Positions 10,662 to 21,654 are shown, counted from the whole stretch's first letter. The stretch is DNA of 63,580 bases, filler included, from 12 parts of 12 records of this genome joined end to end with filler, not necessarily neighbours in it, one strand, 5' to 3'. Notes: a model not told the origin generated them from the sequence alone. Translations and numbers: made by a program.

Positions 10662-10761
10662 NNNNNNNNNNNNNNNNNNNNNNNNNNNNNNNNNNNNNNN
10701 NNNNNTTAATTAATTAANNNNNNNNNNNNNNNNNNNNNNNNNNNNNNNNNNNNNNNNNNNN
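10662..10761. other. Artificial contig-joining spacer (first of 11)
   Basis: 44 N + TTAATTAATTAA (stops in all six frames) + 44 N. Identical 100-bp spacers also lie at 16449-16548, 20094-20193, 25740-25839, 31875-31974, 37246-37345, 40506-40605, 43665-43764, 49256-49355, 52998-53097 and 59451-59550. Genes are cut at these points. Confidence 0.97.
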
Positions 10762-10970
10762 GCGTACCGGCCGGCCTCCCGCCTGGGCAGCGCCTCGATC
10801 TCGGCCACCATCTCGTTCCAGCCGTCTCGCAGCTCCGGCCCGATAGGCCCCTCGCTGCACGGGTAGAGCCAGCCTTCCTTGTTGACGTCCATCAGGACCC
10901 AACGGGCTCGGCCGTCCAGCACCCGGCGCACGGCCGGCGGGCAGCTGCGCTCGGCGACGACTCCAGCCAT
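10762..10970 (-). CDS. 5' fragment of hypothetical gene (cut by spacer)
   Basis: MAGVVAERS...WVLMDVNKEGWLYPC...GWNEMVAEIEAL stays open to the contig edge and is divergent from the transporter. Confidence 0.35.
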
Positions 10971-11127
10971 TGCGGAGCTGCAGGCGCACCAGTCGGCTGG
11001 GTCCAGCGGGCACCCGCCCAGCGGCAACGCGCTCGGCGCCGGGGCTGTGTACGAGCTGGCAACGCGCTCAACGTCCCGCGACAGTGCAGCCTTCATCTCG
11101 TCAGCCCAACGGAATTTTCGTCTCATC

Positions 11128-12743
11128 ATGCTGGCGCAGTCCTTCGCCTCGTCGGCGGGCTCGTCCCCGGCGGCGGGGGACGGGCTCTCGCCGCACGGGC
11201 TGCCGGTGCCAACGGAGGAGCTGGCCTGGCACAAGCTGGTGCTGCTGACGCTCTCGATGGGCGGGGTGTACCTCGGGTTCGGGCTGCAGGTGGGCGGGGG
11301 CACCGCCGTGATGCAGAACATGGGCATCTCGGCCTCGATCGTGAGCGCGGTCTGGCTGTTCGGGCCGATCTCCGGGATCATTATGGGCCCACTGATAGGC
11401 AACTACTCGGACCACTGCCAGCACCGGCTCGGGCGCCGGCGGCCGGTGATGCTCGGCTTCACCGCGGTCACGGTGGTCTCGTTCCTTATGTTCGGGAACG
11501 CGGATGCGATCGGGGAGGCGGCCGGGAGCCCGGGGCTGGGGATAGCGCTGGTGGTGCTCGGGTTCGGGGGTATGGACTTCAGCCTGAACGGGATCCAGGC
11601 CCCGCTGCGGGCACTGCTGCTTGACCTCGCCCCGCCGGGACAGCAGAAGAGCGGCCAGGCGCTGTTCGGGCTGTTCGTCGGGTTCGGGCAGATGATTGGA
11701 TACCTGCTCGGCACGTTCAGCCTGTCCGACGTGCTCCCGGGGTTCAAGGCCTGGGGCCAGACGCAGGACGACCACGACGTGCAGGCACTCTACATGTGAC
11801 TGCGCTGCGCACCTGGGGCCAGCCGGCCGGCAGGTGCGGCGCGGTGCTGATGGCGCTCTCGGTGCTGGCCACCTGCCTGGCGATCAAGGAGCAGCCTCTC
11901 AGTCCGGCCCAGGCCCAGGCGCTCCCGCAGACCAACCCGCTCCAGGACACGGTGCCTGCCCGGCCTTGTCGAGCGCTGACAGCAGGCAGCTGACCGCCAC
12001 CCGCGAGTGCCCCAAGCCGATCGCCCGGGCCTGGCTAGTCCAGTTTTGTCACTTCTTCTGCTTCTTCACCATCTTCACCTTTGGGACCGACTATTTCGGT
12101 AAGATGGTCTACCATGGCGACTCGGGGGCACCCAAGGCACCAGCTGCCCCGCGCTCCAACTGACTGCCGGCAGGGCTCGGCGGCCCGCGACAGGTACAAC
12201 GACGGTGTGAAGGCGGGCAACCTGGCGATGGCGATGCAGACCGGGGTGTCTGTTATGTTCAACCTGGCAGTGCCCACGCTGATACTGAGGGTGGGTATCA
12301 AGCCGCTCTTGCTGGTCAGCGACGCCCTGCTGGCGGCCGGGCTGTTTGTTCTGGCCTTCCAGCCCTCGCCCGAGCGATGGGCCACCTCCGGCGTGTTTGC
12401 GGCACTCGGGGTGCCCTGGGCAACTACCACATCCGTACTCTGGTACGTGGTCGGACGCGCGTGCAAGGGAATGCCCAACGCTGGGCTGTACAACGGACTG
12501 TTCAATATGAGCCAGTGCTTCCCGGAGATGGCGATCTCGCTGCTAGGGCTGCTGCTGTTTGCGGTGGGCGGGGACGATAGGACTCTGTTCATGGTTGGGG
12601 GCGTGGGCGCGTGCGGGGCTTGCTGCCTTCTCCCTCTGCTGGTGGTGCCCGAGGAGAAGTTTGACGAGGACCTGGACAGCCTGCTGGACCAGTGCGTCGA
12701 GCCAGTCAAGCCGGAGCCCCCGCGGCCGGAGCTCGTACGATGA
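11128..12743 (+). CDS. SLC45/sucrose-transporter-like MFS (GPH family) sugar:H+ symporter
   Basis: WLFGPISGIIMGPLIGNYSDHCQHRLGRRRP, DFSLNGIQAPLRALLLD, TDYFGKMVYHGD, YNDGVKAG and GLYNGLFNMSQCFPEM. Short introns include a GC-AG intron at 12137-12173. Confidence 0.88.
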
Positions 12744-12965
12744 TATGAAGCTGTAATTACATCATGAATGACGTACTATAGTGGCACCAGCTACGTGAAT
12801 GGCTGCCTCACTTCCGATCAAATAGATGTACGCTAGTAGTTTGACACTATAATCAATCATCGGATCACCGTAACACACTCAAGATGCAGACGATCCCCTC
12901 ATGTCGTTAAATCTCGAGACAACAATTACATGCGCTGCGTCCAGAGCATCGTGCCACCCGCCCCT

Positions 12966-13598
12966 CTACTCCTTGCTCTTGGCCTCGTCGACGAGCGACT
13001 GCGCCCACGCGTCACGACAGTCCCAAAAACTAAAGTAGTTCAACTGCATGATGTCGGGATGCAGGTACTCCCGCATCACGCTGACTGCTTCGGGCGCGTC
13101 GCCGCCCGCCCTCTTGCCGATGCGGTAGTTCTCACAAAAGGCCCCAAACGTGCCCTTGCGCACTCCTTTAATGCGCTCCATGTGCGCCAGTAGCAGAGGA
13201 TCGTCACCGGCGGCGCCGAGGGCGCCAAAGTCAACTCCGTCAGGCAGGAAATGCGCGCCAGTAAAGCCGCCCGCCGCCTCGAGCGCCGCCTTGTCGACTT
13301 CGATGTGCGACAGGGTGCTCAGCTCGTCATCTATAATGGCGCGCAGCCGCGTCCCGCGAGCGGCGGGGCCGCTCTCCGACCACACAAACAGCTCATGCGA
13401 CCACTCGCTGATGCCGTGCAGCTGAGCGCGGAACATAGCTTCGCACGCAGCTGCGTCCGGTCCGTCCGCTACAACCTTCTCTGCGTTGAGGAAGAAAGCG
13501 GAGGTCGTGCCCTTGCGGTGCACGTACCGGCCTGTCGAATGGCTGTCGCTGGCCTCTCCCAGTATGTCCTCTGGACGCACCGACGCGGGTGCTTCCAT
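12966..13598 (-). CDS. Intronless hypothetical protein with two copies of an RKGT..AF..N module
   Basis: VRPEDIL...HRKGTTSAFFLNAEK and FLPDGVD...VRKGTFGAFCENYR. Single clean 210-aa ORF. Confidence 0.65.
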   Translation of the reverse strand: MEAPASVRPEDILGEASDSHSTGRYVHRKGTTSAFFLNAEKVVADGPDAAACEAMFRAQLHGISEWSHELFVWSESGPAARGTRLRAIIDDELSTLSHIEVDKAALEAAGGFTGAHFLPDGVDFGALGAAGDDPLLLAHMERIKGVRKGTFGAFCENYRIGKRAGGDAPEAVSVMREYLHPDIMQLNYFSFWDCRDAWAQSLVDEAKSKE

Positions 13599-13759
13599 CC
13601 GAGATCTCAGAAAGCCGTTTCGGTTGACGTTCGTTGCTCGGCTGTATATCCCGTGTGCATGCTGCTGAATTTACTGCTGAATTGATCTTAACGCGTACGC
13701 CTTGAATCATATTAAAATCACGACAACAAAGCGGTAAATTCAAACACTTAAAATAATAA

Positions 13760-16282
13760 TCATTGAAGCAACCAAGCTGCGATTGCATCAATGGTTTGAG
13801 CATCCGTGAAGTTCCCGGCATCAAGAGTCAAATTCCCGCCACCAATGTGCGAGGCAAATTTGTATGCGGACTTGGCTTGCGAAGGCGACAACGATCTGCT
13901 CATCGCATCAAGAGGCCCCAGAACTAGGACATCAGTTCCTGAAGTAGCTGATGCAGCCACGAGATCTGCCAAGTCGTATTCTTTCAACACCCCAAAAATC
14001 CAGGAGTAGTAAAACGTGGGGTCGTACAAGCGCGCCCTTGCTGCGTCGGCAAGTGATGCTGATGGAGCCACCATCGCGAGCTTGGGAACAGCCGGCGATC
14101 CAGTCGCCTCGGCAGCTGCAAGAGCATGCAAGGCTGCCACGTCTAACCTGTCCTGGGCGACCACGGCCACGATCTCTGCAACGTCAGCTCGCTCTCGAAG
14201 GAACTGATGAACATGCAACATCTCGCCCGCATGAAAGCCTGGAACTGATCGTCCGAGCTCCATCGCCATGTCTTCAGCAGCCTGGCCGTTTCCACCCAGC
14301 CCATGCGACGAGCCTGTGAAGCTGTTCCCAACTTGGCCGAACCCGCAGAGACTAGGCACCGCCACGATCAGCCCCTGCGATGTCAAGCGCTCGACTGCAG
14401 TATTGACTAGGCTGGCTGTGGCCTCTGCAGCACTCGCATACCAGACGACTGTTTTCATGGCAGTGCGAGCACTCATCATGTCCTGCACCGTGCTTGGGAA
14501 GTAGAGTGTGCATACCGCGAAGCAGCTCCCCTCAGTGAAGATCATGTGCTGCTCGATCAGCCCGATGCTGCTGCTGGCCGCCCTCCCTAGCCGCTGCTCG
14601 CCGAGCGGTGGGTTACCAGGCGATGGGTCCACCGGTGGTCGCGGCTCAGCAAATTGGGCTCCCAGGAAGCGCGGGGCTCGCACTGACGGCAGAAGCACGC
14701 CAGCCACAGCCGGCGCCCTTTGCCGCACACGCCGCACGAAGGCCTCTGGGTCAGCCGCCCGCCGCGCATCGAGCAGCTGGCTGTTCTGGTCAGTCATCTG
14801 GCTGCTGAAGTAGTGTACGCTCCTAGCCGGCTGAGATGGGCTCGCCCCACACTCGGGGGCTGTGGCCACTTGGCCGGTTGAGGTGACTTGGAGGCTGGTG
14901 TCATCCCACTCGCTGTAGCCGCTGCTGTTGGCGCTCACATCGAGCTCGGTGTTGTTGGCGCAGCCGCCGCTGTGCGAAGGCAGCCGGTTGCACATGAATC
15001 CCGAGATCTGCTCGCGCGTGGGCCGCACCCAGCCGTGATGCCACACCGCCTCCCACACATCAAGCGCCCCGCCGACCTCGCGGTACGACTGCGCGGCCTC
15101 CTTGACAGCTGCGAGCCCCCCTGCTGCAGGGAAGCATGTGTCGCCGGTGGTGATCAGCACCTGGGTCTGGCTGTCCGCACGCGCGTGCAGCAAGTCTGGC
15201 TTGTCAAACCCCCGCGCCACCGCCTGCGGCCAAGTCTGCTCGCCGTCGCTGCCACCCCCGGCTTTCCAGAGCCTGTCAATCTCGAAGGTGGACATGTAGC
15301 AGGCCATACTCGCCGCCTTGACCCGCCGGTCCATCGCCCCCAGGTACGCACTCTGCGTGCCGCCGCCGCTGCAGCCGACCACACCGAGTGCATCCGCATC
15401 CACCTGTGCCCTCGACGCGAGCAGGTCCATCGCGATGGTCTCGTCGTGCAGCCAGAAGCTCATCAGGCCGACGCCATTGAGCAGCAACTGCCGCCCAATG
15501 TACTCGTGCTGCGCCGTCGAGCCCCAGAGCCAGGCGCCGACCCCGGGCTTCGACCAGGGCGCGGCACTCTCCGGGGCGCCCTCGGGGATGTCAGCGTACT
15601 GCATCCGCTCGCCCTGGCCTATCGGGTCGAAGGCGAGCACCACGTAGCCGCGGGCCACCAGGTTGATCTGCACCACCTCGTAGTCATCTTCGGCGGGCGC
15701 GTTCCGCTTCGGGTCGCCGTTCATGTTGTTGCTTCTCCACCCATCGGGCGAGTGACCGCTGACCAGCAGCACACCCGGTGCCTTGTCGGCCCCGGTGCTG
15801 TTCACCAGGTGGGCGGGGGTCCAGAGTGAGCCCGGCACCCAGAAGCCGTCGCGCGACTCGAAGAGCAGCAGCTCGAGCTGATATCCCGGCCGCCGCAGCG
15901 TGCGCACCACCTTGAACGAAGGCACTGCCGGACGATCCGGCGCGGGGAGCGGCGCAAACACCTCGCGGAGCGCCGCTCTGGTGCGGTTGAGCTGAGCTTG
16001 CCACGCAGCTTTGCCTGCGAGCTTGGAGAGCTCAGCGGAGCGGTTGCGGAGCCGCGCCACGCTCTGGTCCGTAAGCTCGCGCAAGATCGTGTCGCGGGCC
16101 GTGCTTCCGTAGTAGAACCAATCGGAGACCGGCTGTATGACCGCGCCGCTGCTGCTCACCCGTGGGAGGCCGTGCAGCAGCGCGATGCACATTAGCAGCA
16201 CCGCAGCCATCTCGTGACATGTCCGGCGCGGCCCGTCCCAGGCGCGGGCCAGCGAGGGTCCGGTCAGCAGAAGAAGCAGCAT
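13760..16282 (-). CDS. Secreted alpha/beta hydrolase (acetyl-xylan-esterase-like, bacterial-type two-domain), intronless
   Basis: Signal-like N-terminus (start may be 16210). LLFESRDGFWVPGSL, VLLVSGHS, GYVVLAFDPIGQGER, nucleophile elbow GVVGCSGGGTQ, DGEQ and HHGW. Confidence 0.8.
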   Translation of the reverse strand: MLLLLLTGPSLARAWDGPRRTCHEMAAVLLMCIALLHGLPRVSSSGAVIQPVSDWFYYGSTARDTILRELTDQSVARLRNRSAELSKLAGKAAWQAQLNRTRAALREVFAPLPAPDRPAVPSFKVVRTLRRPGYQLELLLFESRDGFWVPGSLWTPAHLVNSTGADKAPGVLLVSGHSPDGWRSNNMNGDPKRNAPAEDDYEVVQINLVARGYVVLAFDPIGQGERMQYADIPEGAPESAAPWSKPGVGAWLWGSTAQHEYIGRQLLLNGVGLMSFWLHDETIAMDLLASRAQVDADALGVVGCSGGGTQSAYLGAMDRRVKAASMACYMSTFEIDRLWKAGGGSDGEQTWPQAVARGFDKPDLLHARADSQTQVLITTGDTCFPAAGGLAAVKEAAQSYREVGGALDVWEAVWHHGWVRPTREQISGFMCNRLPSHSGGCANNTELDVSANSSGYSEWDDTSLQVTSTGQVATAPECGASPSQPARSVHYFSSQMTDQNSQLLDARRAADPEAFVRRVRQRAPAVAGVLLPSVRAPRFLGAQFAEPRPPVDPSPGNPPLGEQRLGRAASSSIGLIEQHMIFTEGSCFAVCTLYFPSTVQDMMSARTAMKTVVWYASAAEATASLVNTAVERLTSQGLIVAVPSLCGFGQVGNSFTGSSHGLGGNGQAAEDMAMELGRSVPGFHAGEMLHVHQFLRERADVAEIVAVVAQDRLDVAALHALAAAEATGSPAVPKLAMVAPSASLADAARARLYDPTFYYSWIFGVLKEYDLADLVAASATSGTDVLVLGPLDAMSRSLSPSQAKSAYKFASHIGGGNLTLDAGNFTDAQTIDAIAAWLLQ

Positions 16283-16732
16283 GTACGTAGTTGAACTTGG
16301 CCGTGCGCAGAAAATGCTGTCCCGCGGCTCGAGCGAGCGCTGAAAGGTGTGGGTAGACGGGGCAGACCGTCTGCTTCCGTTTATTATCCGTTAATTCTTC
16401 CCAGCTGCCAGTGGTAAGCTCACCACTGCAGACCAACGGACTCTGCACNNNNNNNNNNNNNNNNNNNNNNNNNNNNNNNNNNNNNNNNNNNNTTAATTAA
16501 TTAANNNNNNNNNNNNNNNNNNNNNNNNNNNNNNNNNNNNNNNNNNNNTTATTCGGGTCCGGGCGCGAATAAGAGCACAGGTCTGTATACGTATTTCGAG
16601 TAGTTTGGGGCATACGACAGAAACAACCTTGGGAACATCGAGCAGTTCTAAGTCAGTTCTAAGTAGCGAGGGACTAAAAAGATACGGTTCAAGTAAGCAA
16701 TTTGATTCAGACTGCGTTCGCACTCGTCGCTG

Positions 16733-17623
16733 CTACCTCGTCGCTCCGGCTATCTCACTCAACCTCTTGATCTCCTCATCCACCGGCTTGATAATCCCGA
16801 GCGCCTCAAGCTTCTTGTAAATGCTCGACATCTCTTGCACCACCTCCTGCAGCCGAGCCTTCTCCACCCAGAGCGTCTCCTCCGCCAACTTCACCCGCGC
16901 GGCCGTCTCGTCCCTAACCTCCTCGTGATGCCTAATCACCCCCTCGAAAAACGCAGCCACCCCCCCATCATTGGCCGCCTTCAGTTCCCCCACGGCCTTG
17001 GAAAGAGGCCCCAGACTGTGCGTGATCACCGCCCCCGGCTCTGCCTCCACTTCCGGCCCGAGGTCCGGCTTTGCGTCGGTTGCCAGCTGCTTCGCCCGGT
17101 AAGTGTCTTGCAGCTTGTCCTCGAGTTGCTGGAACTTTGCCCGAACCGACTCCAGCCTGGCCTCCGCCTCGGCCACGTCGCGCTCCCGGTCGAGCTTCTG
17201 GCTGAACAGCTGCTGGATATGGTCGTGGTACATGCTCGCCACCTCCTTCCGGTGGTTCTGCTTTACCTGCCGTTGACTCTCCTGCAGCATCCCGATCGCC
17301 TGGTGCAACAACGGCTCCCGCCCGGCCTGGCCCTCCGCGGTCTCCCAGCTGTCGAGCTGTCCAACCTGGCGGATCTGGCGCTTCCTCTCCTCGGCGCCCT
17401 GCAGGGCTTGCCGCTCAGTCTCCAGCCGTTGCTCCCGGTCGGCCCGGCCGGCCTCGAGCTTTGCGCTGGTGGCCGCCAGTTCCTGCTCCAGCTCGCGCTG
17501 CTCCTTCTCCGCCTCCTGCTGCTCCTTCTCTGACTTGGCCGCCTCGGACATCCGCGCGTCCCGGAGCTCCTCGAACGCCGCCTCGGTTCGCCCGCCGCAG
17601 CAAGTGACGCAGAACGACGCCAT
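16733..17623 (-). CDS. Coiled-coil protein with N-terminal Cys cluster
   Basis: MASFCVTCCGG (possible palmitoylation) followed by E/Q/K/A-rich heptads, in a single ORF. Confidence 0.6.
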   Translation of the reverse strand: MASFCVTCCGGRTEAAFEELRDARMSEAAKSEKEQQEAEKEQRELEQELAATSAKLEAGRADREQRLETERQALQGAEERKRQIRQVGQLDSWETAEGQAGREPLLHQAIGMLQESQRQVKQNHRKEVASMYHDHIQQLFSQKLDRERDVAEAEARLESVRAKFQQLEDKLQDTYRAKQLATDAKPDLGPEVEAEPGAVITHSLGPLSKAVGELKAANDGGVAAFFEGVIRHHEEVRDETAARVKLAEETLWVEKARLQEVVQEMSSIYKKLEALGIIKPVDEEIKRLSEIAGATR

Positions 17624-17796
17624 GGATCTTCCGTTGGACGTCAGGAGAGCTGACAGTGGAGGTGGTTGTCGCGCTGTCGTGGCGCCCAATATGGTTCAAT
17701 ATTCGAGACACGACATTTGTACATGTAGATACTTTATTAGACCTTCATCATGTGTGCTAGAGTCTCGTTGCGGGCCGGCAGGCTATGGGTCAAGGT

Positions 17797-19686
17797 TTAG
17801 TCAAGGTTGTCCGGTAGATTCAGGCCCATTGACCGGAGCATATTCGATACCGGACCGGGCAGTCCTTCCTGTGCCTCGTATGACTTGAGAAGGCTGGACA
17901 CCACCTCCAGGTCGAGCTGCACTGGATCCAGCTCCTGCGACACACGCTGGTGTCACGCACACACCTGGCGGGCTCACCTTCCCGCCTTTGAGGCCTGTGG
18001 TAAGCTCTTCATCCATCTCCCCCATCGTGCCCTTGAGCTGCTCGTCGTCCTCCTCTGACTCGCTGTCGTCGTCACCTAGCTGGCCACCCTCTCAACACCT
18101 GCAGCCCCCGAGCCCAGCACCAGGTCGTCAGAGTCGTCTCCTGGCAGCTGATCCAGCCAGCTCTCGCCGTCCGCCTTGGGCCCGACTGCACCCTCGAGCA
18201 CACTGCCCATACTCCGGCTAGCCAGCCGGGCCGGTCACCTGAGGAACCGGCGAGTGTCAAGAGAGACCGTCTCGAGCTCAGCTGCCTCGTGCGGGAACTC
18301 GGCACCCTCGTGGCTGGACACAGTGGCCACCATCTGGCTCAGCCCGCCCAGCAGCTGATCTATCGTCTGGCTCTGGTCCAGCCCGGGGTCAAACCCTTGC
18401 TTGAGCAGAGCATCCAGGCTCTCCGGAGTCAGCTCCATCCAATCCTACCCCAAGCTGCCACATTCACTCTGTCTGCGGCGCACCGTTGGGTCATCCGGCG
18501 GGATTTGGTCCGTTTGGCAGTCCAATTCGACCTCCAATGCAGCATCAATCGCCACCCCCAGCCTGTCCCGTGCCCCGCCAGCCACGCTGCACCAGCCCTA
18601 AGCCCAGCCCAGCACGCCAGCTTACCCTCCGGCCATCCCGCTCTGCACAAAGTGCTCCTTGGCCGCTCGGAGCAGCTGGTTGTGTAGAACAGAACCCTCG
18701 AGCTCTCCCCGAAAAAAACCGTGCCCATCTAGTGATTTTCTGAACCGTCCCCAGTTGGGGTCCGCCTCCAGATCCACCCCAGTGGCCGGGCCAGCGCTGG
18801 CAGCCTGGCTGCAGACCATTTCAAGCCCGGCAGCTAGCTTGCACCCCAGTAGCCAACTCTCTTCCAGCTCGGGGGCCACAGGTTCGAAGCAGCCCGGAGG
18901 TGTGAACTGCTGCGACGCCAGCTGGGCGTACCGCAGTCGAGGTAACGTGACCTGCATCTGAATACCAGGGCTGCTGCCCAGCCGGGCCATCTTGGAGGCC
19001 GTCTTCATGTCGTGCAGATCACGGTTGCACAGGGCGTCGACCGCTGCACTGGCCAGCCACGGCAGCTGGGCCAGCAGAGAGCCGGCCCGCCGCGGGAGCA
19101 CCGCCCTGAATGTGTGCCGATTGGCCGCCGCCCTCGTATCTGCCATCCCCACCCGCTGGCTGATAGCTGCCTGCACCGGTTGGGCCGCCGCAGTGGTCCG
19201 TGGGCCTCGTACGGCGGCCAGCGCCTGCGGCAGCGTGAGCATGACCGGCATCTCTACCAGCTCGACGGGGTCGCGCGGCCGGGGTATCACGTGCAGCTCG
19301 CCAGCGCACAGATACACCCGGCCATCGGCGGTGTCTGGAGTGATCCAGCGCGGAAGCACCGGCCCAGCCTCGATTAGCAGGAACTGGCCGTCGTGGTCGT
19401 GGATCTTAGCCACCAGCCCGGGCTGCAATCGGGTGAGCTGAAGCAGCAGCGAGACAATGAACCACTCGTCGTCCACCCCGTCCCCAAACTCAGTCCGGCC
19501 GGCCAGATGCCACACTCCCGGCGGCTGGGCGTGAGCGGGCTGAAGGTTGAGCGACTGCTGGTGCCACAAGTAGCCCGGCAGCCGATCCAGCGCAGCCACG
19601 CACTCCACTCGCCACGCCTCGCACCCAGCAGCGTCCAATACATCAGGGTGATAGACGCCATACTCGCACCAGCCCTCCCCTTCCAT
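17797..19686 (-). CDS. ECD: Ecdysoneless (SGT1/ECD family) protein, multi-exon
   Basis: YLWHQQSLNL, GRTEFGDGVDDEWFIVSLL, DHDGQFLLIEA..LPRWITP, RVYL..GELHVIP and LGCKLAAGLEM. Spliced C-terminus PVQLDLEVVSSLLKSYEAQEGLPGPVSNMLRSMGLNLP. Confidence 0.9.
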
Positions 19687-19972
19687 CGGCGGCTCGCTCT
19701 GGTCCACGCTGAGACTCTGCTTCTCTCAAGTGCTCAGTTCTACTCATCAGCTGATCTGCACAACAAGAATGCCGTCTGCCAACGCAAATCCGCGCAGTGT
19801 ACGTACAATCACGTAATCGTCAATAGATCTAGTACATGCACGGTCAAAATGAGCACAAAGAATGCAAGCACTCAAAAGAAATGCAAATATCAATTCATCT
19901 TAAGTTTGCGTGGCCAACCGATAATAATTATAGAAAGCAGATGCCATCATGACATCGTAGTCGTCACGATTT

Positions 19973-20093
19973 CTAGACAGCTCGGCTTGCAAGCTTGGCT
20001 TCCAAACTACGGATGACCTTCGCATTCTCCAAGATCTTTGCACGATGAGCTTGCATTTTGTTACGATTGTCTTTGATAAGTCTGGTTGCTGAG
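19973..20093 (-). CDS. 3' fragment of a coiled-coil gene (cut by spacer)
   Basis: Open frame ...RLIKDNRNKMQAHRAKILENAKVIRSLEAKLASRAV* running from the contig edge. Confidence 0.35.
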
Positions 20094-20256
20094 NNNNNNN
20101 NNNNNNNNNNNNNNNNNNNNNNNNNNNNNNNNNNNNNTTAATTAATTAANNNNNNNNNNNNNNNNNNNNNNNNNNNNNNNNNNNNNNNNNNNNCGTCGGC
20201 CCGGAGGAAGGGCCAACTACAATCGTATACGTATTGTTTAAAGTACACGTAGACCG

Positions 20257-21654
20257 CTAGACCATATGAAAATAGTCGACCCCTTCCACCGGGGCATGTT
20301 CGCCGGCCGCGCCCTGCACGAGTCGCTCTAGACCCTCCTCCACACTATCCGCCCACTGCTCCCGCTCGAGCGCCACGCAGATCACCACAGGCATCCGCAG
20401 CTCAGCCCGGCTCCGCACCGGCACCCCGTGCAGCTCGGTTCCCACCTTCTTCGGGTCAATATCGTAAAACGCCCTCACGCCTGCCTTAGCCCGCTCCGAC
20501 AAGCAGCCATAAAACTGCCGGCCATCTCGACCGGCTCCCCAAATCCCCCATCCCTTTTCGATCCAGCTCGAGCCTGGCCCCAGCACAGTGGCCTCAAAGT
20601 GCTCAGCCTGCCTCGCCTCAACTGGCTGCTCGCCGAACGGACCTACCTTGGCCTGCAGCAGCGTCCGTCTTGGGACGCGCCATGACCGCTGATCGGCGTG
20701 GTACCGGTACGTGAGTAGCGGCTCGCGCAGCTTGGCTAGCCGGCCACCAGCCTCGATGTGTCTGAACAGCAGCAGCATGTCCTCCGGGGCGTCCATGTCC
20801 TCCACATACCCGCCCGCCCTCCGCCAGACCTCCCTATGGAACATCCAGGTAGGGTGCAGCAGTGGCAGCTCCCTGAACCGGCTCGCCAGCAGTTCTTGCT
20901 CCGAGCCCAGCCTGTTGAGCCACCGGGTGTACCTGCGCCGGCTCGGCCTGCCCCCGAGCCCAGCACGTGCCGTGGCGTGGCATCCGCGGGCTCTCTCACA
21001 AACCCTGAGCCCATGATCGTCTTGGTCCTGTCGGCCACTGGCAGGGCCAACAGCGCCGCCAGCTGCCGCTCCAGCCGCTCCGGGTGCATCGCGTCGTCCG
21101 CGTCCACCCGACACAGCCAGTCTCCACTGGCTGCCCTGATCGCCTGCACAGCCGGCTCGTACGGCCAGCCCAGCGTGCTGCACCTGGTTGTTCGCAAACC
21201 CGATCCCAGCCGGCGGGCCGTCTGGTTTGGGCGGTGGCGGGGCTGGGCGGCCGGCAGCCTGGTCCTCGACGCAGCGGATGCAGCAGCCAGCCCGCTTCCA
21301 CTGTTTCCGGCTAAACCCGTCTCGGGGCACCGTCAAGCCGCACCGCTTGCACAGCTTGGCCTCCGCCGGGTCCGGGCTGCGGGGGCGCTTGGGAGCCAGG
21401 CGGGCCGTGTTCCGCCCGAGGGCCACACTGACAGTCTCTGGGTAGGCCTGCTCGAGCGTGCGTTTCCACTGGTGCAGCAGGTCCCACGAGCCGTCGGTGC
21501 TGCCGTCGTCGAACAGCGAGAGCTGGAGCGGCCGGCCGGCGGCCAGGTAGGTCTGGTCGAGCACCGCCTGCAGCGTGGCCGCCAGCCAGCGCTCGGCGTT
21601 GTACACTGGGATCACCACCGACACCCGCGGCGGCCCAGCAGCCGGTGCACTCAT
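20257..21654 (-). CDS. B3GNTL1: GT2 glycosyltransferase, B3GNTL1/QTGAL (queuosine-tRNA galactosyltransferase)-like, with inserted C4 Zn finger
   Basis: VSVVIPVYNAERWL, LSLFDDGSTDGS, GIGFANNQAIRAASGDWLCRVDADDAMHPERLERQ, DATPRYTRWLN, HPTW, PEDMLL, LLTYRYH, IWGAGRDGRQFY, FYDIDPKK, VICVAL and EGVDYFH follow the motif order I recall for human B3GNTL1. GC-AG intron at 20933-20970. Confidence 0.82.
   Translation of the reverse strand: MSAPAAGPPRVSVVIPVYNAERWLAATLQAVLDQTYLAAGRPLQLSLFDDGSTDGSWDLLHQWKRTLEQAYPETVSVALGRNTARLAPKRPRSPDPAEAKLCKRCGLTVPRDGFSRKQWKRAGCCIRCVEDQAAGRPAPPPPKPDGPPAGIGFANNQVQHAGLAVRAGCAGDQGSQWRLAVSGGRGRRDAPGAAGAAAGGAVGPASGRQDQDDHGLRVCERARGCHATARAGLGGRPSRRRYTRWLNRLGSEQELLASRFRELPLLHPTWMFHREVWRRAGGYVEDMDAPEDMLLLFRHIEAGGRLAKLREPLLTYRYHADQRSWRVPRRTLLQAKVGPFGEQPVEARQAEHFEATVLGPGSSWIEKGWGIWGAGRDGRQFYGCLSERAKAGVRAFYDIDPKKVGTELHGVPVRSRAELRMPVVICVALEREQWADSVEEGLERLVQGAAGEHAPVEGVDYFHMV

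Noticed and set aside
10706..10717. TTAATTAATTAA as piggyBac target site or biological repeat
   Set aside because: It is always centred in an exact 100-bp N block, so it is a six-frame-stop linker.
14888..15829. Long antisense/overlapping ORFs (also 34834-36045, 53521-54609, 58211-59110 and many others)
   Set aside because: These are shadows of GC3-rich genes on the opposite strand, with Arg/Pro/Ala-rich composition and no motifs.
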